Source of the DNA: Bythopirellula sp.
GTDB taxonomy: Bacteria > Planctomycetota > Planctomycetia > Pirellulales > Lacipirellulaceae
Length of the DNA: 64,000 nt
Direction: 5' to 3'
Assembly (NCBI GenBank): GCA_965216565.1
Contig: OZ244170.1
Coordinates: 1,504,001 to 1,568,000, forward strand
Part shown: positions 50,329-59,185 of the stretch, piece after piece
Numbering within the stretch: position 1 is the first letter of the stretch
How the letters are laid out: each line of letters starts with the position of its first letter
Position numbers and translations under genes: made by a program
Notes under the pieces: model-generated
Told to the model about the DNA's origin: nothing
What the model saw: only the letters and a program-made list of their open reading frames with translations
Database searches by the model: none

Positions 50329-50775
50329 ATGAATCCCCACAGGCAAGCATCTAGACGTAAGGGCTATTCCTTACTCGAAATGATCTTCGCGACGGCCCTG
50401 ATGGCAGGCACTTTAGTTCCTGCGCTCGGCGTCATGCGGGATTCTATGGCTGTGAGTCGCGAGACCACCACTCGAGCTCTGTTGGCAAACTACGCTGTGC
50501 AGAAAGTCGAACAACATGCGTCTCTCGCTATCGCTACATGGAGCACGGGAACAACAACCGAAGACTACACGGCTGAAGGGCGTGCGGACATCGTCAGCAT
50601 TGCTATAAGTTCGGATGATCCGAGCGACGGCGGCATTGTCGATTCGCTCATGTCCGTTGACGTGACGATTTTCGAGGACTTGAATGCGAATTCAGCCCTA
50701 GATTCAGGCGAGCTGTCTGTGAACATGCGGACTAAAGTTGCCAAGCTAAACACATACGAGAATGAAGAACAATAA
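50329..50775 (+). CDS. Minor pilin (GspI/PilV-like)
   Basis: KG|YSLLEM class III signal; gene order. Confidence 0.75.
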   Translation: MNPHRQASRRKGYSLLEMIFATALMAGTLVPALGVMRDSMAVSRETTTRALLANYAVQKVEQHASLAIATWSTGTTTEDYTAEGRADIVSIAISSDDPSDGGIVDSLMSVDVTIFEDLNANSALDSGELSVNMRTKVAKLNTYENEEQ

Positions 50776-51286
50776 CCAACAACCTCGAACAGGGTTTTCC
50801 CTGATCGAGCTGACAGTCACCATGTCGATGCTGGCGATTATTTCGACAGCTTCGATGGCGCTGGTGCGCACCTCCTACACTGCCTGGAATCGTCATGACG
50901 ACGATCAATCGCAGCGTCGCGAGGCATTGGCCTTGCAACGTCACTTGGGGCGACACATTCGCCAGGCCACTTCAGTCATGGAAATATCCGCTAGCTCAGA
51001 TGTTTCTGGGAACATCTCGTTGTTGATGTCCACCGGCGAAGTTTATGTCTGGGATCACAACGCGACTACCAAACAGGTCTTATTTGGCATCGATACGGCA
51101 ACGGCAGTCCTAGCAACAGATATTGAGGAATTGAGTTTTACCGGTTTCAGCGCTGACGGCACCACCGAAGTTGCGGAGGTGGGGCTAGTTCATGCGGTGA
51201 CTCCCCTCGTGAAATACAACCTTTCACGTCCAACAGGAAATGTCACTTACACGACATCCTGCCAATCGTGGTTAAGGTCTTGGTAA
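50762..51286 (+). CDS. Minor pilin (GspJ/PilW-like)
   Basis: TG|FSLIEL; gene order. Confidence 0.78.
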   Translation: MKNNNQQPRTGFSLIELTVTMSMLAIISTASMALVRTSYTAWNRHDDDQSQRREALALQRHLGRHIRQATSVMEISASSDVSGNISLLMSTGEVYVWDHNATTKQVLFGIDTATAVLATDIEELSFTGFSADGTTEVAEVGLVHAVTPLVKYNLSRPTGNVTYTTSCQSWLRSW

Positions 51287-51305
51287 TTACGAGGGCTCGA
51301 AACAC

Positions 51306-51686
51306 ATGGTGTATTTTAAACGACAACATGGGACGCAGCCATCACGGCGAGGCGCAGCATTGTTGCTGTGCCTGTTTGTGATATTTATTGTCACAGTGAT
51401 GGTCGTAAATGTTCTCGACACGACAACACTACAGTTATCCACGGTGAGGAATACGGCAGACTATGAACGAGCTCTCTACCTGGCCAACGCCGGCGTTCAC
51501 CATGCCGCGTCGATGCTAGAAGCGGACACCTCCTGGAGGGGAACCGTAACAGAGGGCACCTATCCCGCGAACGATTCTTACACCGCAACCGCGGTGAATG
51601 GATCCGATTCCTACACGGCAGTTGTGACGGCAAGCGGATCTGCCGGGGAAATAAGACGAACAGTAACCGCACTAATCGAACTATAA
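51306..51686 (+). CDS. Short minor pilin (PilX/GspK-like, no Glu5)
   Basis: RRG|AALLLCL; RALYLANAGV. Confidence 0.75.
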   Translation: MVYFKRQHGTQPSRRGAALLLCLFVIFIVTVMVVNVLDTTTLQLSTVRNTADYERALYLANAGVHHAASMLEADTSWRGTVTEGTYPANDSYTATAVNGSDSYTAVVTASGSAGEIRRTVTALIEL

Positions 51687-51707
51687 CAAGAATACACGGC
51701 ACCTATC

Positions 51708-53276
51708 ATGGCAGACAGAAGATCGAATGAAGGCCGACGAAACGGTTTCGAGCGACGTTCGCGACGCGACAAGCAGCGCGACGGATACGAAACAACGGCT
51801 GTAGTTGAAATCACAACCTCAGAATTGCGCGTTGCCATACTCGAGCAACGCGGCAACGACTCGCCAGATCTAGTCCAGGCTTCCACGACCAACTGGAAGG
51901 ATGCCTCTACCTCGTTCAATTCTGAAGAAGGAATGCGAGAGCTATCCGAGGCGCTCAGCACTCTAGTTGAAGAGCACTCATTGCAGACCGCCGGATTCCA
52001 TTTCGTGCTCGGTGGTGAGCTTTGCGTCACTAAGACAGTGCGAGGCAGCTCTGAAGAAGTGCGTGACGAACTGCGTAAGATCGAAGAACGCAGCCGGCTG
52101 TATCTTTCTTTGGGCCCTGGCGAAAAAGTGATGGTCAGCAACAAGCAGGCAATCGATGCCCGTCACGATTATGCCGTGGCTGCGGTTTGCAACCAACGAA
52201 CGCTCAATAACATCCATGCCGCAGCAACCAGCGCTGGCATCGAGGCTGTCTCGATCGAACCAGCCCTAGTGTCAGTCAATCGAGCCGTCAGTCGGCTCCC
52301 CGACACGCCCTCCGAACCCTATCTCATGATGCACGTCGATGGCGAAGCCGTAGAAGTAGGAGTCTGCCACGAAGGCAAACTGCTACTTGAGTTTCGACCC
52401 GCAGGCCGCGGAGAGAGTTCAGATATCGGGGAAGTACTCCATACACACTTGAGCAGACTCAAACGACACGCAGGACGGGTACTTCGCTCGGCGCCTCCGA
52501 AGCTCAATATCGTCTATTTGTGCGGCGATCAGGATTCTGTCCAACAGACGCTTCGTAGGTTCGAGAGCCACAAAGAATTTCAAGTACGAGTCATTGCACC
52601 GAGTAGGATCCAAGCAACGTGGGAGATGGCTCAGGAAGTGGAAGGATCAGCCATAGTCCCCGCATTGGGAAGGTTGCTCTGTTCGTATTTACCAAAGAAC
52701 GAACATGCCGCTCCCAATTTCATGAAACATATTATCGCAAGCACGAGAGACCCAGTCGGCCCCATAATTGTCCGTAGCCTCATCCCCTTAGCAGCAGTGC
52801 TGTTAGTGGCGGTGGCTGGATTTCTCTTCAATTGGCAGCAAAGTGGGCAGGTCGCCGTATTGCAGACCCAGCTCGATGAGCTGGAAGGAGCGAAAGCGAG
52901 GCATCGCGAGCTTCGACTCAAACTAACTTCCATCGAGCAAAAGGTGAAACAACAGAAGCGTCTGCTTTCGGCGCTGAAAACAACTTCTAGTAGTCATTTA
53001 GTCCAGCGGGTCGGTCATTGCATGCCCAGTGACGTTTGGCTCAATGATTTGACCATCGTCGAGATGAATACGATTAAGCTCTCGGGGAGTTCGCTCTTGG
53101 AGTCCGGCGTATTCGATTTTACCGAATGGCTAGACCAAGCACCTGAGTTCAACGATGTGGCGTTAAAAAGCACCTCACCGGGAAATTCTCCGTCGGGACC
53201 CATCGTTGACTTTAATTTAGAGATAAACTTTGACGGTAGTGTCGATACCGTAAAGGAGGTAGCTAGTAATGAGTGA
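51708..53276 (+). CDS. PilM-PilN-like fusion (alignment complex)
   Basis: Actin-like N-terminus (VVEITTSELRV, VYLCG), TM at about residue 355, coiled coil, PSDVWLNDL...IKLSG PilN-like domain. Confidence 0.7.
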   Translation: MADRRSNEGRRNGFERRSRRDKQRDGYETTAVVEITTSELRVAILEQRGNDSPDLVQASTTNWKDASTSFNSEEGMRELSEALSTLVEEHSLQTAGFHFVLGGELCVTKTVRGSSEEVRDELRKIEERSRLYLSLGPGEKVMVSNKQAIDARHDYAVAAVCNQRTLNNIHAAATSAGIEAVSIEPALVSVNRAVSRLPDTPSEPYLMMHVDGEAVEVGVCHEGKLLLEFRPAGRGESSDIGEVLHTHLSRLKRHAGRVLRSAPPKLNIVYLCGDQDSVQQTLRRFESHKEFQVRVIAPSRIQATWEMAQEVEGSAIVPALGRLLCSYLPKNEHAAPNFMKHIIASTRDPVGPIIVRSLIPLAAVLLVAVAGFLFNWQQSGQVAVLQTQLDELEGAKARHRELRLKLTSIEQKVKQQKRLLSALKTTSSSHLVQRVGHCMPSDVWLNDLTIVEMNTIKLSGSSLLESGVFDFTEWLDQAPEFNDVALKSTSPGNSPSGPIVDFNLEINFDGSVDTVKEVASNE

Positions 53277-53880
53277 ATCAGCCTTATATGCCTTTTGTGA
53301 TAGCAAATATCGCAAAATTATCGTTGCAATCGTTACCAGCGTGATTGGACTAGCGCTGCTACTGCCGTTAACCGATGAGTATTCTGACATTAGCGATAGT
53401 CGTGCGGCTCTCGCGGAAGAATTGTATCAGGCACAGGAAATAGAACGCAATTTACCCGAGTTTGAAGAGCAGGCTGCCAAGTACGTTGCCAGTGCTAAGG
53501 ATTGGGAAAAGCTGACGATCACCGAGGAATCGCTGACTGGTTATCGTGATGCGTTGCTGGAAACGGTGCGAAATTCTGGTTGTCAAATTAGAAGCTTGGA
53601 GGCCTCTCAGCCGACGAGTCGGACTTGGCTAAAGAAGGACGACCCACTGAGCAAAGAGGCGCCGCCGAAAAAAGTAAAGAAGACCCCGTTCAAATTAGAA
53701 AAACGTGTGCTTACCCTGCTCGTCGATGGCGACATGGTGAGTATCACAAAGCTACTTGAGAAGATTGGAAAAAGCGAGCAAGCGGTATTTCCTCATCGTG
53801 TGAAACTGAATTCAGCGAATGGCCGAGGAAACACCACAACCTTAGAAATGAATCTATGGTTATTTGCGCTAACTCGCTGA
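53269..53880 (+). CDS. PilO/GspM-like protein
   Basis: Single TM, coiled coil, position between the PilMN and secretin genes. Confidence 0.6.
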   Translation: MSESALYAFCDSKYRKIIVAIVTSVIGLALLLPLTDEYSDISDSRAALAEELYQAQEIERNLPEFEEQAAKYVASAKDWEKLTITEESLTGYRDALLETVRNSGCQIRSLEASQPTSRTWLKKDDPLSKEAPPKKVKKTPFKLEKRVLTLLVDGDMVSITKLLEKIGKSEQAVFPHRVKLNSANGRGNTTTLEMNLWLFALTR

Positions 53881-53943
53881 TTGTCGCTGCGTAGTTCCTA
53901 CTCGCGACGACAAGAATCGAATTGAAAGTGTCAGGGAGGACAC

Positions 53944-55845
53944 ATGCAGAGCACAAAGTGCTATCTGTGGCTTGATATAGTGTTGCGGAAGACCATGCTC
54001 TGCTTGCTGGTTTTTGCGACATTGCTGGTCTCGATTTCATCGAGTCCCTCTCTCTTTGCGCAACAGAGGGACGAAGATTCCCCTCTTGCTGCTATTCTCA
54101 ATAAGAAGGGCGATCTTTCCCTACAAGACACTTCCATGGAGAAGGCCCTTATTGCTATCGGTGCGACTTGGAATGTGAATGTCGTCGTCGGTAAAGACAT
54201 CCAAGGCACGATCAGCTGTGTGTATCATCAAACTCCACTGCATGAAGTTCTCGACGCCATTCTCCTTGCCAATGGCTACAGCTATCGAGCTGTGGGCGAC
54301 AGCATTGTCATCCAAAAGGCCACCGAAGTTGGCAGTGCGAATCCACTCTTCGAGTCGGCCGCCATTCCCATCGAAAACGGTGACCTGGGCGAAATTGTCG
54401 AAGCCACCCAACTTCTGATTAGCAAGCAAGGACAGGTCCGTTCGCTACCGTCCGCTCGAAGCGTGCTTGTCATCGATTACAAAGACCGTGTCGAATCGAT
54501 CAGACAGTTTATAGCGAAGATGGACGCGGCTGCCTTGCGTGCGACTTCACCTCAGCTTGGCGGTTCCTACAAACAACTAACGGTTGCCTACTTTCACACA
54601 CAATACATCCCCGTCGATAACGCCCGGGAACCCATTGCCTCGGTGCTGAGCCAGTTGGGCCGGGTCTCTACAATGCCTTTGGAAAACCGGCTGGTCGTGG
54701 TCGACTATGCAGCAAACATTGACGTGGTGCGTAAGGTGCTAGAGAAGATCGACCGCCCACGTCCCCAGGTGAGAATCACTGCTCTGATCTACGATATCAG
54801 TTTGAAAGACGCCGAGAAGCTGGGCGTAAACTGGGACCATGACGCTAAAGGTAGAAATCTCGACGCTAGTGGCGACGCGCAACAGGTGTTGAGTTTCGAT
54901 AGCACGACAGTGGCCCCGTTTGCCACGGGATCCTCGGGCGGAACGATGACCTTCAAGAGCCTGACCCGTAATTTCGACCTCAACGCCGTCGCACTACTGC
55001 TCCAGACGGCAGGTGACTCGCGTTTGCTTGCCGACCCGAACGTCACTGTTGTGGACAACGAAACCGCTGAATGGCGGAGTGTATCGGAAATACCCTTCCA
55101 GCAAATCACTCAGTCGGAATTGGGTGGCCAGATTGGTACGACGGCGTTCAAGCCGGTTGGTATCACATTGCGAGTCAAAGCGACAATTGCCGCCGATCAA
55201 ACTATTGAAATGCTCGTCGAACCCGAATTCAGCCGGCTTGCCGGATTCACCGAAGGCGATGGTCAACCCATTGTCGACACCCGAAGTGCCACTACCGTCG
55301 TCCGTATTGCCAATCGCCAAACCCTGGTCATCGGCGGGCTGCGACAGCGTAGCGATACAGGTGATTTCAATGGAATTCCAGGACTCAAAGACATCAAGTA
55401 TCTGGGGAATCTGTTCCGCTCTCGTGATACAACCGTTCAAGAGAGCGAATTGATCGTCTTTATCATGCCCGAGATCGTCGATTACGATCAGGACAGCCAT
55501 CACCGCGAGTACATGGCGGAAGAAACTATCGGCTGCCGATTGGCTAGCATCCCCAAGGCCGAAGGGTGCAACACCGGCGGTTGCTCCGGGGCATTCCCGT
55601 CCGACCGTCTGCTTCAATTGCCTAGTGTCGACTCCGGTGTGCCAGCCTACATGACTTCTCAATATGAAGAGAAGGAAGCATCGCCAAATAGCGAGCGTCT
55701 CATCTTCAGGGAACCGTTCGAAGATCGCTATCGGGCGCGTGGAGGATTCGAATCTCCCAAGCAGCGCGTACCAGAGACGGCAAGCAACCCGCGTGCAAAG
55801 AAGAGCGCTAAGCGAAGCTACCTGGAACGGATGTTCGGGTCGTAG
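53944..55845 (+). CDS. Secretin (PilQ/GspD type)
   Basis: IDRPRPQVRI, LADPNV, GITLRV, LVIGGL, IPGLKDIKYLGNLFR, ELIVFIMP. Confidence 0.92.
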   Translation: MQSTKCYLWLDIVLRKTMLCLLVFATLLVSISSSPSLFAQQRDEDSPLAAILNKKGDLSLQDTSMEKALIAIGATWNVNVVVGKDIQGTISCVYHQTPLHEVLDAILLANGYSYRAVGDSIVIQKATEVGSANPLFESAAIPIENGDLGEIVEATQLLISKQGQVRSLPSARSVLVIDYKDRVESIRQFIAKMDAAALRATSPQLGGSYKQLTVAYFHTQYIPVDNAREPIASVLSQLGRVSTMPLENRLVVVDYAANIDVVRKVLEKIDRPRPQVRITALIYDISLKDAEKLGVNWDHDAKGRNLDASGDAQQVLSFDSTTVAPFATGSSGGTMTFKSLTRNFDLNAVALLLQTAGDSRLLADPNVTVVDNETAEWRSVSEIPFQQITQSELGGQIGTTAFKPVGITLRVKATIAADQTIEMLVEPEFSRLAGFTEGDGQPIVDTRSATTVVRIANRQTLVIGGLRQRSDTGDFNGIPGLKDIKYLGNLFRSRDTTVQESELIVFIMPEIVDYDQDSHHREYMAEETIGCRLASIPKAEGCNTGGCSGAFPSDRLLQLPSVDSGVPAYMTSQYEEKEASPNSERLIFREPFEDRYRARGGFESPKQRVPETASNPRAKKSAKRSYLERMFGS

Positions 55846-56048
55846 CGTTTGGGTGTTTTCTAACCTTATCAACTCTTCATAATTCTTCACTAAGCTATAG
55901 ATGGTGAAGGACGCGAATTCTCTTCTCATCTTGGCTCCCGAGATTCTCAGCACGTCGGCCAACAAAGCCGCCGAGCAAGGAATGTGCTACACTTTGGCGG
56001 AGAATTCTCCATAATCCCCGCCCAAGATTCTAGAGAGCGTTCTAGGTG

Positions 56049-56564
56049 ATGAGTCAGAAGCTAAAACTAAATTGGTATCTACTATTGCTGTCATGCTGCC
56101 TGGTCGTTTCGGGCTGCGATTCGGCTTCGAACTCATCCGGCACATCGGAGTCTGAGGGCCCCGAGCTCATCAGCAGTGGCCAAGAGCAAGATCAGACATC
56201 TCCCGAAGCTAGTACGAACCCCGAGTCCGCAGACTCCGATCCCAATAATGGCGATTCTTCTGCAGAAGACTCGGACGAGCCTCAAGCCTACAAGCCACCA
56301 TTTCCGGATCGAGTCGACCTGTTCCTCCCTCCTAAACGTGGGGCAAAATCGATTGCCCAAGGACGCAAAGAGGGAGAAAGCGCTGTTCAACTACTGGGAT
56401 TCTCAAACGTCAACGAGGCCCTAGTCGTACTTTCCATTGACGGCTATGTGTACCCAGTGGCCGAAGGCGAAAGAAAATCGGGGATCGAAGTTGTCTCCAT
56501 TAAGCCACCAGCGGTAGTCTTGCAGCGCGGTCGGCAAGTGTGGCAGGCATCGCTGGAGAACTAG
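56049..56564 (+). CDS. Lipoprotein, PilP-like
   Basis: Lipobox VVSGC, acidic linker, PFPDRVDLF, C-terminal beta domain. Confidence 0.6.
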   Translation: MSQKLKLNWYLLLLSCCLVVSGCDSASNSSGTSESEGPELISSGQEQDQTSPEASTNPESADSDPNNGDSSAEDSDEPQAYKPPFPDRVDLFLPPKRGAKSIAQGRKEGESAVQLLGFSNVNEALVVLSIDGYVYPVAEGERKSGIEVVSIKPPAVVLQRGRQVWQASLEN

Positions 56565-56594
56565 GCGACAGAATTCTTCGCGACCTGCGAGATT

Positions 56595-58241
56595 CTAGTT
56601 CCCAGCCGAGTCCCAAGGACTCGCCGGGCTTGCCGCAACTACAGGCATCAGCTCCGCATCTTCTTCTGCCACACGTTCTGGTAGACTTCGGCGCTGAATC
56701 TGAATTTCAGCAGCTACGTAGCGGAAGTTCAAAAGTAAAACAATCGCAGCAATCGCCGGCAAGACAAAGATCAGAACCCCTGCTTCGAAAGACGAAGAAA
56801 AGCCCGAGGTACCTGCTGCTTCGATTAACGTCCAAAACGGATTCACTCCATGCAACAACGAATAAGTATCGCCCCGTCCGAAAGCGTTGGACATGAGAGT
56901 GATGGCTTGCGGAATTCCACAGGCCATCAGCAGTAGAATCACATGGATCAATGAACCTGCCGTCATCGATATGAAGAAGTACTTACGCAGAATCGCGATC
57001 AGCAGGTGCCCGATTCCGAGGAATACAACAACATAGCACCAAGCAAACAATACGAAGTAGATCGCTTGCACTTGGCTGACTCTTCCCCACAGAATCGGCC
57101 CGGCCACGGCGAGCAAGATCATGGCAGCACCAGCAATGGCTGTTAGATTCGCAACGGCGAACATATAGCCCGTCGCCGGTCCAGGATTGAACCAGGTAAG
57201 TAAGATTTGTCCCAACTTGCTTTGGGGCAGACTCCTCTGTACTCGTCGTGAGAGATGAGGCCATTCACTCGTCAAGAATGAACCCATAGCAAGCCAATAC
57301 CCGGATGCAATGGTCATCGAGACGATCGCCGTACGAAGAAGAGCCCTTTGACTCGGATCGACAATCGGAATCACGGACATCCACCCCACAAAACACGCTT
57401 GCTGCAGCATCATAAATCGACGCAGTGGACTGGATCGATTCTCACTGGGAAAAGCTATCTGGGCTGCAGCCGCCGCATGACACAATAGGAAGGTGGTAAT
57501 GTATAGCGTCAGCAGGGCGGCTCCTACCCACCAAAACTCTCGGCTACGGATGATCGTATCGCTCTCTTCGATAAAGCTATAAGCCAGCCCCACACTTGGC
57601 ATAAAGCTGGAGAATAGTGCCACCACCACCAGCACGCTCGTCAAAGCTTGTGTATGGCGTGCTTTTGCCAGTGTGCCGATCAATAGTGCTACCATCGATT
57701 CGCCTAGTGAGACGACAAAGAAGATCGTCAACAGAATCGCCACCAACAGCATATCGACGCCACGCAAAATAAACGTAAAGGCGATGCAAGGGCTCACAGC
57801 GCTCAAATAAACCAGCATCTGCACCAGGGCACTGCCGAGTTTGCCGGTGACAATTTGTTGAGCCGATAGGGATGTAATCGAAAGCAAATCGTACGTATTA
57901 TCTTCCTGCTCTGCGGCAATCGATCGATAGGCGGAGTACGGCACAACCACCATCAGTGGAAAAGCGAGAATCGCGCAGTAAACGAACAACATCCGATCGC
58001 CAGAGGCCACGAAAAATACCTCGGGACCCACGATTCCAAAGACGGCAAACGTTGAGATCCAGCAAGCCAGCAGTGTGACCATAAAAGTCAGAACAAACTG
58101 CCGACTCTTTAAAGCCTGACGCGTTTCTTTGATCAAAATCGGATTGAAGCGTTCGACACTCGCCAGCAGCCACAGTTCAGCACGTTGCCACCAACTGCCG
58201 AGAGTGTCCATGATCGTGTTTTCTCCAGAGCTCACACTCAT
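56595..58241 (-). CDS. ABC transporter permease
   Basis: NPILIKETRQ, EQEDNTYDLLSIT, GKL; many TMs. Confidence 0.8.
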   Translation of the reverse strand: MSVSSGENTIMDTLGSWWQRAELWLLASVERFNPILIKETRQALKSRQFVLTFMVTLLACWISTFAVFGIVGPEVFFVASGDRMLFVYCAILAFPLMVVVPYSAYRSIAAEQEDNTYDLLSITSLSAQQIVTGKLGSALVQMLVYLSAVSPCIAFTFILRGVDMLLVAILLTIFFVVSLGESMVALLIGTLAKARHTQALTSVLVVVALFSSFMPSVGLAYSFIEESDTIIRSREFWWVGAALLTLYITTFLLCHAAAAAQIAFPSENRSSPLRRFMMLQQACFVGWMSVIPIVDPSQRALLRTAIVSMTIASGYWLAMGSFLTSEWPHLSRRVQRSLPQSKLGQILLTWFNPGPATGYMFAVANLTAIAGAAMILLAVAGPILWGRVSQVQAIYFVLFAWCYVVVFLGIGHLLIAILRKYFFISMTAGSLIHVILLLMACGIPQAITLMSNAFGRGDTYSLLHGVNPFWTLIEAAGTSGFSSSFEAGVLIFVLPAIAAIVLLLNFRYVAAEIQIQRRSLPERVAEEDAELMPVVAASPASPWDSAGN

Positions 58242-59185
58242 TGCACGCGCCCCTCCGTGACATGCAGAAACACGTCTTCCAGGCTCTTGTTCTCACTGGC
58301 AAATTCCAAAACGGCGAAGCCAGCCTGGACAATCTCACTAAGCAGCTCCGCCTGTTGCTCAGGCCCCCCATCGTGGGTCAGCATCACACGCTGACCATCG
58401 ACTAAGACGTCTCTGACATCCTCCCTTTCGGCAAACCAATTCAGCAGAGGCTCGCATTCGCCGAGCAGTCGCAGGCTGACGCGGCTAAATGTTTCGCTAC
58501 GCTTGCTAATCTCTTCCACAGTGCCCACGGCAAGTAGTTGCCCCGTTTCTATAATGGCAACCTTGTCGCAGATCTCTGCCAGCTCGGTAAGAATGTGGGA
58601 GCTAATCAGCACTGCCTTGCCTAACTCCGCTAGCTGCGAAATCATATCGCGCAATTCGATGCGAGCGCGTGGATCGAGCCCCGCGGCTGGCTCGTCGAGA
58701 ATTAGCACTGCGGGATTGTGAATCATGGTTCGACCCAGACTCAGCCGCTGCTTCATCCCCTTGGATAGCCCATTCACCGGCTTCTTCGCCAAGGCATCGA
58801 GTCCCGTGAACTCCATCACCATGTCAATCGCCTGCTGACGCTCGGTGCCCCACAGACCGTATGCACGGGCGAAGAAATCCAGATACTCCGTCACGTCGAC
58901 ATTTTCATAGGTCCCAAAATAGTCTGGCATAAAGCCCAGTCGTTTACGCACGCGGTCGGGATCATCGACAACCGAGAAACCATCGACAAAGGCATCCCCG
59001 TACGTCGGTTCATCGAGGGTCGCTAGTATTCGCATACTCGTGGTCTTACCCGCTCCGTTCGGGCCGATGTAGCCGAATACTTCCCCAGCGTGGACCTGGA
59101 AACTCATATCGTAGACGGCACGAGTGTCGCCAAAATAACGGTGCAAATTGCGGAGCTCAATCAGTGGTCGGGCAGCGTCAATCAT
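58238..59185 (-). CDS. ABC transporter ATP-binding protein
   Basis: GPNGAGKT, LSKGMKQR, LILDEP, SSH. Confidence 0.95.
   Translation of the reverse strand: MIDAARPLIELRNLHRYFGDTRAVYDMSFQVHAGEVFGYIGPNGAGKTTSMRILATLDEPTYGDAFVDGFSVVDDPDRVRKRLGFMPDYFGTYENVDVTEYLDFFARAYGLWGTERQQAIDMVMEFTGLDALAKKPVNGLSKGMKQRLSLGRTMIHNPAVLILDEPAAGLDPRARIELRDMISQLAELGKAVLISSHILTELAEICDKVAIIETGQLLAVGTVEEISKRSETFSRVSLRLLGECEPLLNWFAEREDVRDVLVDGQRVMLTHDGGPEQQAELLSEIVQAGFAVLEFASENKSLEDVFLHVTEGRVQ

Noticed and set aside
54994..55965. 323-aa minus-strand ORF
   Set aside because: Antisense shadow of the secretin gene with no recognisable motifs
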